A stretch of DNA of 64,000 nucleotides from Pristiophorus japonicus. Its lineage: Eukaryota. Below are positions 11,275 through 23,617 of the stretch, piece after piece (positions within the stretch are counted from its first letter, which is position 1; each line of letters opens with the position of its first letter). The stretch spans positions 17,050,001-17,114,000 of the forward strand of contig NC_091998.1 of the NCBI RefSeq assembly GCF_044704955.1, written 5' to 3'. The position numbers and the translations under genes are program-made. The notes under the pieces are model-generated. The model saw nothing but the letters and a program-made list of their open reading frames with translations. It searched no databases and had not been told where the DNA came from.

Positions 11275-14200
11275 CCGCGATGCTGAGGATGTTGTGAATA
11301 GCACGTTTAGTGAGTTGGTCACACCGCAGGTTAAGGTTACACAGGCAGATAGGGAATGGGTGTCCATCAGGCAGAGCAGGAGTAGGAAGGTAGTGCAGGG
11401 GTCCCCTGCGGTCATCTCCCTGCAAAACAGATATACCACTTTGGATACTGTTGGGGAGATTGCTCATCAGGGGAAGGCAGCGGCAGCCAAGTTCATGGCA
11501 CCATGGGTGGCTCTGCTGCACAGGAGGGCAGGAAAAAGAGTGGGAGAGCTATAGTGGTAGGGGATTCTATTGTCAGGGGAATAGATAGGCATTTCTGCGG
11601 CGCAATCGAGACTCCAGAATGGTATGTTGCCTCCCTGGTGCAAGGGTCAAGGATGTCTCGGAGCAACTGCAGGGCATTCTGGAGGGGGAGGGTGAACAGC
11701 CAATTGTCATGGTGCATATAGGTACCAACGATATAGGTAAAAACTGGGATGAGGTCCTAAATGCTGAATTTGGGGAGCTAGGAGTTAAATTAAAAAGTAG
11801 GACCTCAAAGATAGTAATCTCAGGATTGCTACCAGTGCCATGTGCTAGTCAGAGTAGAAATAGCAGGATAATTAAGATGAATACATGGCTTGAGGAATGC
11901 TGCAAGAGGGAGGGATTCAAATTCCTGGGACATTGGAACCGGTTATGGGGGAGGTGGGACCAGTACAAACCGGAAGGTCTGCACCTGGGCAGGACCGGAA
12001 CCAATGTCCTCGGGGGAGTGTTTGCTAGTGCTGTTGGTGAGGAGTTAAACTAATATGGCAGGGGAATGGGAACATATGCAGTGAGACAGAGGGAAATAAA
12101 AGGGAGACGGAGGCAAAAGATAGAAAGGAGAATAGTAGAAGTGGAGGGCAGAGAAACCCAAGGCAAAAAACAAAAAGGGCCACATTACAGCAAAATTCTA
12201 AAGCAGCAAAGTGTGTTAAAAAGACAAGCCTGAAGGCTCTATGCCTCAATGCGAGGAGCATTCGTAATAAGGTGGATGAATTAACTGTGCAGATAGTTGT
12301 TAACGGATATGATGTAATTGGGATTACGGAGACATGGCTCCAGGATGACCAAGACTGGGAACTCAACATCCAGGGGTAATCAATATTCAGGAAGGATAGA
12401 CAGAAAGGAAAAGCAGGTGGGGTAGCATTGCTGGTTAAAGAGGAGATTAACACAATAGTAAGGAAGGACATTAGCTTGGATGATGTGGAATCTGTATGGG
12501 TAGAGCTGCGGAACACCAAAGGGCAGAAAATGCTAGTGGGAGTTGTGTACAGACCACCAAACAGTAGTAGTGAGGTTGGGGATGGCATCAAACAGGAAAT
12601 TAGGGATACGTGCAATAAAGGTACAGAAGTTATCTGGGTGACTTTAATCTACATATAGATTGGGCTAACCAAACTCGTAGCAATATGGTGGAGGAGGATT
12701 TCCTGGAGTGTATGAGGGATGGTTTTCTCGACCAATATGTTGAGGAACCAACTAGAGAGCTGGCCATCCAAGGCTGGGTGTTGTGTAATGAGAGAGGCTT
12801 AATTAGCAATCTTGTTGTGCGAGGCCCCATGGGGAAGAGTGACCATAATATGGTAGAATTCTTCATTAAGATGGAAAGTGACACAGTTAATTCAGAGACT
12901 AGGGCCCTGAACTTAAAGAAAGGTAACTTCGATGGTATGAGACATGAATTGGCTAGGATAGACTGGCGAATGATACTTAAAGGGTTGACGGTGGATAAGC
13001 AATGGCAGACATTTAAAGATCACATGGATGAACTTCAAAAATTGTACATCCCTGTTTGGCGCAAAAATAAAACGGGGAAGGTGGCTCAACCGTGGCTAAC
13101 GAGGGAAATTAGGGAAAGTGTTGAATTCAAGGAAGAGGCATGTAAATTGGCCAGAAAAAACAGCAAACATTAGGACTGGGAGAAATTTAGAATTCAGCAG
13201 AGGAGGACAAGGGTTTAATTCGGAGGGGGACAATAGAGTATGAGAGTAAGCATATAAACCGGCTGCAAAAGCTTCTATAGATATTTGAAGAGAAAAAGCT
13301 TAGTGAAGACAAATGTAGGTCCCTTGCAGTCAGAATCAGGTGAATTTATAATGGGAAACAAAGAAATGGCAGGTCAATTGAACAAATACTTAGGTTCTGT
13401 CTTCACGAAGGAAGACATAAATAACCTTCCAGAAATACTAGGGGACAGAGGGTCAGGCGAGGAGGAGGAACTGAAGGAAATCCTTGTTAGTCAGGAAATT
13501 GTGTTCGGGAAATTGATGGGATTGAAAGCCGATAAATCCCCAGGGCCTGATTGTCTGCATCCCAGAGTACTTAAGGAAGTGGCCCTAGAAATAGAGGATG
13601 CATTGGTGGTCATTTTCCAACAGTCTATCGACTCTGAATCAGTTCCTATGGAGGATAGCAAATCTAACACCACTTTTTTTAAAAAAAGGAGGGAGAGGGA
13701 AAACAGGGAATTATAGAGCGGTTAGCCTAAACATCGGTAGTGGGAAAAATGTTGGAATCAATTATTAAAGATGTAATAGCAGCGCATTTGGAAAGCAGTG
13801 ACAGGATCGGTCCAAGTCAGCATGGATTTATGAAAGAGAAATCATGCTTGATAAATCTTCTGGAATTTTTTGAGGATGTAACTAGTAGAGTGGACAAGGG
13901 AGAACCAGCGGATGTGGTGTATTTGGACTTTCAAATGGCTTTTGACAAGATTCCACACAAGAGATTAGTGTGCAAAATTAAAGCACATGGTATTGGAGGT
14001 AATGTATTGACGTGGATAGAGAAATGGTTGGCAGACAGGAAGCAAAGAGTAGGAATAAACGGGTCCTTTTCAGAATGGCAGGCAGTGACTAGTGGGGTAC
14101 CGCAAGGTTCAATGCTGGGGCCCCAGCTGTTTACACTGTACATTAATGATTTGGACAAAGGAATTGAATGTAATATCTCCAAGTTTTCAGATGACACTAA

Positions 14201-15119
14201 GCTGGGTGGCAGTGTGAGCTGTGAGGAGGATGCTAAGAGGTTGCAGGGTGACTTGGACAGGTTTGGTGAGTGGGCAAATGCATGGCAGATGCAGTATAAT
14301 GTAGCTAAATGTGAGGTTATCCACTTTGGTGGCAAAAACAGGAAGGCAAAATATTATCTGAATGGTGACAGATTAGGAAAAGGGGAGGTGCAACGAGACC
14401 TGGGTGTCATGGTACATCAGTCACTGAAGGTTGGCATGCAGGTACAGCAGGTGGTGAAGAAGGCAAATGGCATGTTGGCCTTCATAGCAAGAGGATTTGA
14501 ATACAGGAGCAGAGAGGTCTTACTGCAGTTGTACAGGGCCTTGGTGAGGCCACACCTTAAATATTGTGTACAGTTTTGCTCTCCTAATCTGAGGAAGGAC
14601 ATTCTTGCTATTGAGGGAATGCAGCGAAGGTTTACCAGACTGATTCCCGGGATGGCAGGACTGACATATGAAGAAAAACTGGATCGACTCGGCTTATATT
14701 CATTGGAATTTAGAAGAATGAGAGGGGATCTCATCGAAACATAAAATTCTGACGGAATTGGACAGGTTAGATGCAGGAAGAATGTTCCCGATGTTGGGGA
14801 AGTCCAGAACCAGGGGTCACAGTCTAAGGATAAGGGGTAAGCCATTTAGGACCGAGATGAGGAGAACCTTCTTCACTCAGAGAATTGTGAAGCCGTGGAA
14901 TTCGCTACCACAGAAAATTATTGAGTCCGTTCGTTCGATATATTCATAAGGGAGTTAGATGTGGCCCTTACGGCGAAAGGGATCAAGGGGTATGGAGAGA
15001 AAGCAGGAATGAGGTACTGAAGTTGCATGATCAGCCATGATCTTATTGAATGGTGGTGCAGGCTCGAAGGGCCAAATGGCCTACTCCTGCACCTATTTTC
15101 TATGTTTCTATATTTCTAT
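11275..15119 (+). mobile_element. Near full-length CR1 LINE (ORF1 SGNH esterase, ORF2 APE-RT) inserted in Gypsy B integrase
   Basis: ORF1 GDSIVRG, CLPGARV, HIGTND, GLHL. ORF2 endonuclease and RT with frameshifts. Intact 3' hairpin and tail. Integrase NG|INHV is split at the junctions. Confidence 0.95.
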
Positions 15120-18100
15120 TCCATTGCCTGCAATGAAGTCCTGGAATTCAGTGCTTGTGAAGCACGGGCCATTGTCGCTGACCAAGACATCCAGTGGACC
15201 ATGGGCAGCGAACATTGCCCGTAGACTTTCTACCGTGGCAGAGGATGTGCTTGAATTTAAAATGGCACACTCAATCCATTTGGAGTAGGCGTATACTACA
15301 ACCAAAAACATTTTTCCCATGAAAGGACCTGTGTAGTCCACATGCATGCATGACCATGGCTTGGTGGGCCAGGATCAGGGGCTAAGGGGGGCTTCTCTGG
15401 GTGCGTTGCCCAGCTGAGCACAAGTGTTGCACCTGCAAACACAAAGTTCCAGGTCTGCATCTATCCCTGACCACTAAACGTGTGACCTGGCAATTGCCTT
15501 CATCATGACAATGCCCGGGTGCTCATTGTGAAGTTCTCTGATAAACACCTCTCTGCCCATCTGGGGCATGACTACTTGGTTTCCCCACAGTAGGCAATCG
15601 GCCTGAATCGAGAGTTCATCCTTGCGCCTATTAAACGGTTTAAATTCCTCAGGGCATGCCCCGTACATGGCTGCCCAGTCCCCATTCAGGACACATTTCT
15701 TAACTAAAGACAGTAGCGGGTCTTTCTTTGTCCAGACTTTAATCTGATGGGCTGTCACAGGTGAGCCTTCGCTTTCGAAAGCTTCAACAGCCATGACCAT
15801 CTCAGCATCAAGCTCAGTTGTTGGCCAAAAGGGACGTTAGGGGTTTGTGATCTGTCTCCAGCTCAAATTTCCTGACAAACAGGTACTGGTGCATTTTTTT
15901 TTTTATACACATGCTAACGCTTCCTTTTCTACCATCCCGTAGCCCCTTTCTGCCTGGGACAGACTTCTGGAGGCATAAGCTACCAGCTGTAACTGACCAT
16001 TGGCATTCACATGCTGTGACACATAGGACGACGCATCGCACGTTAAAACAAGTTTGTTACACGGGTCATATAACGTTAACAGTTTGTTGGAGCATAACAA
16101 ATTGCGTGCTCTTTCTTGGCTATCTACCCCAGACCCAATTGCGACCTTTGCGTAGGAGCACGTGTAGCGGCTCTAACAGCGTGCTCAATTTGGGAAGAAA
16201 GTTACCAAAATAGTTCAGGAGCCCCAGGAACGAACGCAGCTCCGTCGTGTTACGGGGTCTGGGTGCTCTCTGGATCGCTTCCGTTTTGGACGCAGTTGGT
16301 CTGATCCAGTCTGCTGCTACCCTCCTCTCCAGGAATTCTACCTCTGGAGCTAAAAAGACGCACTTTGCCTTTTTCAGTCGCAGCCCTACCCGGTCCAGTC
16401 TGCGTAGCGCCTCCTCCAGATTGTGGAGGTGTTCTTCAGTATCGCGACCCGTGATGAGGATTTCGTCTTGAAAAACCACCGTCCTTGGAATCGACTTGGA
16501 GGCTTTCCATATTTCGCTGAAAGATCGCGGCGGCGAAACGAATCCCGAATGGACATCTGTTATACACAAAGACATTTGTGTATCGTGATGGTGGTCAGCC
16601 AGCTCCTGGGTCATGTAAGCTGAGGTCAGGTCCAATTTTGAAAGAGGTTTGCCACCGGATAGTGTCGCAAAGAGGTCCTCCGCTCTCGGTAGCGGGTACT
16701 GGTCTTGGAGTGATACCCGATTGATGGTGGCCTTGTAATCACCATATATCCTGACCGACCCATCTGCCTTGAGCACCGGCACGATCAGGCTCGCCCAGTC
16801 ACTGAATTTGACTGGCGAGATGATGCCTTCCCTCAGCAGGCAGTCCAATTCGCATTCTATCTTTTCCCACATCACGTACGGCACCGCTCTGGCCTTGTGG
16901 TGTACTGGCCTGGCGTCCAGGTTTATGTGAATCACTACCTTGGCCCCCATCAAAGTGCCAATGCCGGGTTGAAATAATGAGTCAAATTTGTCCAGGACCT
17001 GTGAGCACGATACTCGCTCCACAGAAGAAATTGCATTGACATCGCCCCATTTCCAGTTCATGATAGCAAGCCAACTCCTCCCCAGTAGTGCGGGACCGTC
17101 CCCCGGGACAATCCAGAGTGGCAACCTGTTCGCTGAATCTTTGTGGGTCACGACTACGGTGGCGCTGCCTAGCACCGGAATGATCTCCTTTGTATATGTC
17201 CATAGCTGTGCGTCAATCGGCAATAATTTTGGCCTCCTGGCCTTGGACACCCACAACCTTTCGAACTGTTTGATACTCATCAGGGACTGGCTGGCCCCCC
17301 GTGTCTAGCTCCATTAAAACTGGGATGCCATTGAGGAGCACTTTCATCATTACCGGTGGCGTCCTGGTATATGAAATGTAAATGTGCTCCACATGAACTC
17401 GCTGAACTTCAGCTTCCAGCGATTTCCCCCACTATTCATTTGGCCTCGCAGGGCTTACATCGGGCCCGTCCTCCCCGTACATCAACCTGGCTGCAGGCTT
17501 CCTGCACATATGCGCCAAGTGACCGCTGACGTTACAGTTTCCGCAGGTATACTACTGATACCTGAAAGCTCTGACTGGGTATTTGCCTCCACACCTCCAG
17601 CATGAGCTGGAGGCCGTTGTTGGAAACAAAAGGTTATTACCAGTCGATCGTCTCTGTAACTGTCCTTTAGCGCACCATTAACAGGTGTTGATGGCCCCAT
17701 TGTCCATTGCGATGGCATGAATCGCCGTTCAGCTCGCCATTGTCTCTGTTGAATTCCCCTTTGGGTTTGACTACTTGCTGGGGCATGTCCAATTGCCCTT
17801 GTCTGCCTAGAGAACTGTGTGCCGCATTAACAATGTTGACTCCCTGGTCGTTTGCCGCATTTGAGCCAAGATTTTTGTCATACATCATGCTGGTCTCTTT
17901 CTCCCGAGATAAATATCTGGGCTATCCGAGCTGCCGCTTCCAAGGTCAAGTCTTTGGTCTCAATCAGTTTCCTGAAAACCCCAGCATGCCCGAGGCCCTC
18001 AATAAAAAAGTCTCGCAGCATCTCCGCTCTGCATGCATCTGGGAACTTACAAAGGCTCGCCAGTCGCCGGAGATCTGTCACGAAGTCTGGAACGCTTTGC

Positions 18101-18403
18101 CCTTCTCGCTGCCGGTGCGTGTAAAATCGATGCCTCGCCATGTGCATGCTGCTTGCCGGTTTAAGGTGTTCCCAATCAACTTACTGAGCACTTCGAACGT
18201 CTTGTCCGCCGGCTTCTCTGGCGCTAGATGGCCATCATCAGGGAGTACGTTCTGGATCCACAAACCGTCAGATGAGCCCTGCATTTGTCGGCTGAATCCT
18301 GTCCCAACCATTCCTTAGTGACAAAACATTGCTGTAGTCTCTCAATAAAGTCGTCCCAAACATCACCAACACAGTACCTCTCTTCTGTGCTGCTAGTGAC
18401 CAT
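15120..18403 (-). pseudogene. Gypsy B gag-pol (gag to integrase core), decayed
   Basis: MVTSSTEERYCVGDVWDDFIERLQQ, EMLRDFFIEG, RT 16120-17280 (FQDEIL), LTCDAS, LETDHKPL, HNEHPGIVMMKAIAR, HVDYTGP, VSDNGPCF. Confidence 0.92.
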
Positions 18404-18439
18404 GCTCGCGTGATTTAAATCCCAGTTTCTCGTCGCCAA

Positions 18440-18686
18440 TGATATGTCCTTACTATACAGTATAAATGCACACGAGTCCCATACTTGAGAGAAGGTCACA
18501 CTGTGACCAGTTACCTTTATTACCAAGACCTCAAGTGATGAAGGTGGGTGGAGCTTTCCCTTTTATACCTGAAAGTCCAGGTTAGGAGTGTCTCCCACAA
18601 GTTCACCACCTTGTGGTCAATGTTCTCACAGTGTACATCTTCGGTCAGCTTCTACATGGATTACAATGATAGTTGAATACATGACA
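18440..18686 (-). repeat. 5' LTR of Gypsy B
   Basis: On - reads TGTCATG...CATATCA, followed by the PBS. Confidence 0.93.
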
Positions 18687-18691
18687 ATAAC

Positions 18692-20090
18692 TACGTAATT
18701 CGCCACAGGCCAGGCTCCAAGAACTGCGCTGACGCCCTTAGTCGGCTCCCATTGCCCAACATCAGGGTGATAGTGATGGATGCATTTGAAAAAGAAAAGT
18801 CACCCGTTACGGCTCGTCAGATCAGGATCTGGACCAGCCAGGATCCTTTACTATTCCTTGTAAAAAAACTGTGTCCTCCATGGTCCAGCATCCCAGCGGA
18901 GATGCATGAAGAGATCAAGCCGTTCCAGCGGCGTAAAGATGAAATGTCCATACAGGCGGATTGTCTTTTATCGGGTAATCGCAAGGTTTTGCCCAAGAAA
19001 GGCAGGGAAACATTCATACGCGACCTACACAGTACTCACCCAGGCATAGTAATGATGAAAGCTATAGCCAGATCCCATGTGAGGTGGCCCGGCATCGACT
19101 CAGATTTGGAGTCTTGCATGCGCCAATGCAACACTTGCTCTCAGTTGAGCAATGCACCCAGAGAGGCACCGCTAAGTTTGTGCTCCTGGCCATCTAAACC
19201 GTGGTCGAGGATCCATGTGGACTACGTTGGCCCATTCCTAGGCAAAATGTTTTTGGTTGTCGTGGACACTTACTCAAAGTGGATTGAGTGTGTAATAATG
19301 TCTGTAAGCTCGAGCCATGTTTGCCAATCACGGCCTGTCTGATGTCCTCGTCAGCGACAACAGGCCGTGCTTCACCAGCGCTGAATTCAAAGAATTCATG
19401 ACCTGCAATGGGATCAAGCACGTCACATCTGCCCTGTTCAAGCCCACATCCAACGGCCAGGCAGAACGGGCAGTCCAAACCATCAAGCAAAGCTTGAAAC
19501 GCATGTCGGAAGGCTCCCTGCAGACCTGCCTATCCCTGGTCCTGCTCAGCTACCATACCAGACCCCACTCGCTCACCGGGGTTCCCCCAGCCGAGCTGCT
19601 CATGAAAAGGGTGCTCAAAACAAGGCTCTCTCTCATCCATCCTGATCTCCACGATCACGTCGAGGGCAGGCGGTATCAACAAAGCATGCACCACGATCGC
19701 GCAAATTTGTCACGCGATATTGAAGTCAATGACCCTGTATTTGTACTCAACTATGGACATGGTCCCAAATGGCTTGCTGGCACTGTCATAGCCAAAGAAA
19801 GGAGTAGTGTGTTTCAGGTCAAATTCGCAAATGGATTAACTTGCAGAAAGTATTTGGACCAAACCAAACTGCGATTCACAGACAGCCACGACCAACTTCG
19901 ACCCTCCGACACACACACAAGTGGCAACCGACATCACGGTTGATCACGAAGCTGAACTTATCATCCCCAGCAGCCCAGTAAGACCAGCTGTGCAGCGCAG
20001 CAAAGAACCAACCAACTCACCTGCACCTGCATTTCTACCGAGATGATCGACTCGGGAGTGAAAAGCCCCAGATTGTCTCATCCTGCAAAT
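18692..20090 (+). pseudogene. Gypsy A integrase (continuation after element B)
   Basis: Resumes YVIRHRPGSKNCADALSRLP. HHCC zinc finger (HSTHPG..CNTC), HVDYVGP, VSDN, SNGQAER. Confidence 0.92.
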
Positions 20091-20120
20091 CAGTGTACTA
20101 TTGACTTTGGGAAGGAGTGA

Positions 20121-20331
20121 TGTCATGCTTGCAACCCTATGTAACCAGCATTCTACCACCACCAGAGGGCATATCTGTTGGAGTCCCAAGGGATCCCAAC
20201 ATCCCTTGGGAACACTGTTTATCAGCAGACCTCCCATGCTGTACCAACACTCTGGAGTTAGAATAGAGACTAAGGTCACACTTACTCACGTCTGCAGTAC
20301 TCAATCACATGACTTTATTCTGGACATCACA
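20121..20331 (+). repeat. 3' LTR of Gypsy A
   Basis: Follows the PPT, TGTCATG...ACATCACA, then TSD CTTTT. Confidence 0.93.
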
Positions 20332-20336
20332 CTTTT

Positions 20337-22277
20337 CCCCTGCAATGGGAGGAAGAAACCTTCAGCTCTCACCAAGGCAGCGTGGTTGGATGTAGCTGAG
20401 GAGCAGCGTTGTGCCCAGGTATTGGATGCAATTTAGAAAACTGTTTAATGCTCGAACCAGGTCAGGAAAAAAATTAATATTTTTGCTGATTCACCTACAT
20501 CTGTGGTTTAACCCCCTGCCCTCTTTCACTCGATCTTGCCAACTGTACTCCATCACATCACTCCTCACACCCACTCAACATTGAGCAGCACCCAGCCTTC
20601 ATTTTCTATGCATCTCCTCATCTATCCATCCACCATTGCCACTCACTCCAATCCTTATGCAATGTGATGCATCTGTCGCAGTCACCCTCATTGAATAAGA
20701 GCATAAAATTAAGGAGCAGGAGTAGGCCAAACAGTCCTTCAAAGCTTCAACCTCAACTCAACTTTCCCACCCAATCCCCAATACCCTTGATTCCCTTCGA
20801 GTCCAAAAATATATCTATCTCAGCCTTGAATATACTCAACGACTTCACATCCACAGCACTTTGGGGTAGATTCCAAAAATTCCAAAGATTCCACACGTTC
20901 AGTGAAGAAATTAATCCTCATCTCAATCCTAAATGGTTGATCCCTTATCCTGAGACTATGACCCTAAGTTCTCTCCAGCCAGGGAAAGCAACCTCTCAGC
21001 ATTTACCCTGTCAATCATCCTCAGAATCTTCTATGTTTCAATGAGATCACCTCTCATTCTTCTAAACTTCAGAGAGTATAGGCCCAATCTACTCAATCTC
21101 TCCGTATTGGACAACCCTCTCATCCCAGGGATCAATCTAGTGAACCTTCGTTGCACCACCTCTAAGACATGTATATCCTTTTTCAGGTAAGGAGACCAAA
21201 ACTGTGCACAGTGCACTGAAGCCACTGGGTGAATACCTCACCTTCACTCACTCACATCTGGTTTCTTGCGTTTTGTGATTTCTTCTACAAGGGGCAAGAG
21301 AGTGGGAGAGGATTGGAGGTGCCTGCTACAAATAGTTCAGCTTACAGCTGCAGTGGAGGCGGCTCAGAAGTTAACTGAGATATCTGTGTCCTTTCAGTCG
21401 GTGATGGAAAGACAAGAAACACGCAGATAGCTGTTGACAGAATTACAAGTATCCCTGCACACATATGCCGACTTTATTTCATCAATGACTGAACTATGAG
21501 AATACAGAATATGGTGATTGTCAAGATTGCGACTTTGCCATGGCTAAATCATATCCCTTTCTTTTGGTCTTCCAGGGCCTTCACGCGTACAGCAAATGTT
21601 GCAGGACATGCATGAGAACTGTCACAGGGCATACAGCAGCACAAATACTCACTTTTTCATGGGTCCACTTAGACAGTTACTTGGGTTTTCACCTTGTGAT
21701 TCACAGCTCACAAGATACTGGTGACAGGGTCAGCTCAGTGGGTGCAATGATCTTCAAGCTCTGCTCAGCTCAAAACAGATGCTGAACCACAGGAGCAATC
21801 ATTGAGAAGAAGGAGAATGCTCAAGGTGCATCAGCAACTTAGCCAGGTACTGACAGACATGGCACACGCATGTTCCACAATAGCAGAGAGGATAGAGGAG
21901 TTTAACTCAATTGCTAGTGGATTGCGAGAATGTCTGCCTTGGAAAGAGGGGCCACATCCATGAAGCTTCAAGCACAGTTCTCAACTGAGTCCATGCAGCA
22001 GGCAATGACCATGGCCATGCAGGAGATGGCTTCCACCTTAAACAAGTTGACATATACCTTATCCATGGCTTTACAATGCATCACTGATCTCCACCAAGCT
22101 GGTCTCCAGCAGAGTGGTAGAAGTACTGTGGTGCTGGCCCAGGAGAGGTATGATAGCGAAAGGGGACATGGAAGTGGAAAATCCACTCAAAGTGCTCCTG
22201 ATTCTCACCCATTGCCCTCCCCCTCAATCAGTACTCGACATGCTGCCCCATCTCCTGAAAGTCGAGTCTGCGATTAA
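20337..22277 (+). pseudogene. Remainder of the Harbinger Myb/SANT-like gene (probably several exons, interrupted by a CR1)
   Basis: KAAWLDVAEE, then after a frameshift SVVPRYWMQFRKLFNARTRSGK. ERIGG-like and VQLTAAVEAA remnant near 21290-21420. Helical low-complexity ORF at 21930-22277. Confidence 0.6.
20693..21212 (-). mobile_element. Older CR1 3' fragment
   Basis: ORF 21031-21225(-): CAQFWSPYLKKDI..RRMRGDLIET. 3' hairpin remnant ggagcaggagtaggcca. Confidence 0.85.
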
Positions 22278-22279
22278 AA

Positions 22280-22986
22280 AATGTTGCAGTACAGAGGGAC
22301 CTGGGATTTCTTGTGCATGAAACGCAAAAAGTTAGTATGCAGGAACAGCAAGTAATCAGGAAGGCAAATGGAATGCTGGCCTTTATTGCAAAGGGAATGG
22401 AGGGAAATTAGGGAAGTCCTGCTCCAACTATACAAGACCACACCTGGAGTACTGCATAAAGTTTTGGTCTCCTTATTTAAGGAAGGATATACTTCTATTG
22501 GCGGCAGTTCAGAGAAGGTTCACGAGGTTGATTTGTGAGATGAAGGGGTTGATTTATGAAGAAAGGTTGAGTAGGTTGGGCCTATTATTCCTTGGCATTT
22601 AGAAGAATGAGAGGTGATCTTATTGAAACATATAAGATTCTGAGGGGGCTTGACAAGGCAGAGAGGATGTTTCTGCTAGGGCATAGTTTTAGAATTAGGG
22701 GTCACCCACTTAAAACAGAAATGAGGAGGAATTTTTTTTTCTCTGGGGTAGAGAATTCCAAAGATTCACAACTCTCAGAGCTGTGGAGGCTGGGTCTTTG
22801 AATATATTTAAGGTGAAGATAGATAGATTTTTTAACGATAAGGGAGTCAAGGGTTGTGGGAAGCGGGGTGGGGCAGTGGAATTGAGGCTGGGATCAGATC
22901 AGCCATGATCTTATTGAATGGCGGAGCAGGCTCGAGGAGGCAAATGGTCTACTCCTGCTCCTATTTCTAATGTTCTTATGTTCTTA
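22280..22986 (+). mobile_element. Older CR1 3' fragment
   Basis: QRDLG..RKANGMLAFIA, FRRMRGDLIETYKIL, 3' hairpin and ttcttatg tail. Confidence 0.88.
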
Positions 22987-22987
22987 A

Positions 22988-23124
22988 GCTTTTGGTCATC
23001 TGCTGAAATTTCTTCTTATGTGACTCAGTGTCAAATTTATCCGTTTTGTCTTATATCACTACTGTGAAGCGCTTTAGGACATTTTGCTACGTTAAAGGCA
23101 CTTTATAAATAAAAGTTGTTGTTG
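22988..23124 (+). mobile_element. L2-type 3' tail
   Basis: tgtgaagcgctttaggac..gttaaaggcactttataaataaaag(ttg)n, shared with the tail at 34340-34472. Confidence 0.6.
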
Positions 23125-23617
23125 CACACTCATACTGGCTGTTGACATCACAGGGAAAGTTTACATAACTTCCAGCCCTGGTAAACAATCCATCTGGCAC
23201 CTGCCTTACATATTTATGTGCAGCGGACTGCGGGACCCTCAAAATGTCTCAGTAGCTCTCTGGTAGAAAAGAGGCGCAAAAAAAATTGAGGGCGGTGGTG
23301 ACCTTCACAGCCACTGGTAATGCGTGTCCGTCAGGTCCAACAGGTAGCAGGTCTTCTTATAGGAGGCCGGAGATGTTTGCGACCACCTGGTGTGAAAACC
23401 TCAGCCTGCAGAAGCACTGCTCTTCTGAGAGGTCAAGGAAGCTGAGCCTCTGTCTGTAAACTCTGACGTGGCTAGTGCTTCCTGCAACTTTGGCCCTTCT
23501 CTTGTACACATCCCTCCTGTGCACGTGCAGATCCCACCACAGCATGTCGTTGTTGCTGGAATTGTGATGGTCGTCGTCTTCTGATATGTTGTCAAACACA
23601 TCCAACGTGTCTCCCAT
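23125..23617 (-). pseudogene. Harbinger transposase (HARBI1-like), N-terminal half only
   Basis: RVYRQRLSFLDLSEEQCFCRLRFS..ALPVAVKVTTALNFF..QSAAHKYVRQVPDGLF..YVNFP. The DDE core is absent. Confidence 0.8.

Larger units (their letters stand above)
7058..18686 (-). mobile_element. Ty3/Gypsy LTR retrotransposon B (Mag-like), antisense inside the pol gene of A
   Basis: 5' LTR 18440-18686. 3' LTR split into 7058-7197 and 10443-10548. TSD ATAAC (7053-7057, 18687-18691). PBS TGGCGACGAG on - (18429-18438). PPT is the C-run at 10549-10569. Confidence 0.95.
4287..20331 (+). mobile_element. Ty3/Gypsy LTR retrotransposon A (Mag-like), full length, decayed, carries nested insertions
   Basis: Paired LTRs 4287-4478 and 20121-20331. 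5-bp TSD CTTTT (4282-4286, 20332-20336). PBS after the 5' LTR, PPT GGGAAGGAGTGA at 20109-20120. Order gag-PR-RT-RH-INT. Confidence 0.95.

Noticed and set aside
10972-11554. Overlapping ORFs joining integrase and CR1 ORF1 sequence
   Set aside because: They cross the insertion junction at 11274/11275, one part being antisense. Not a fusion gene.
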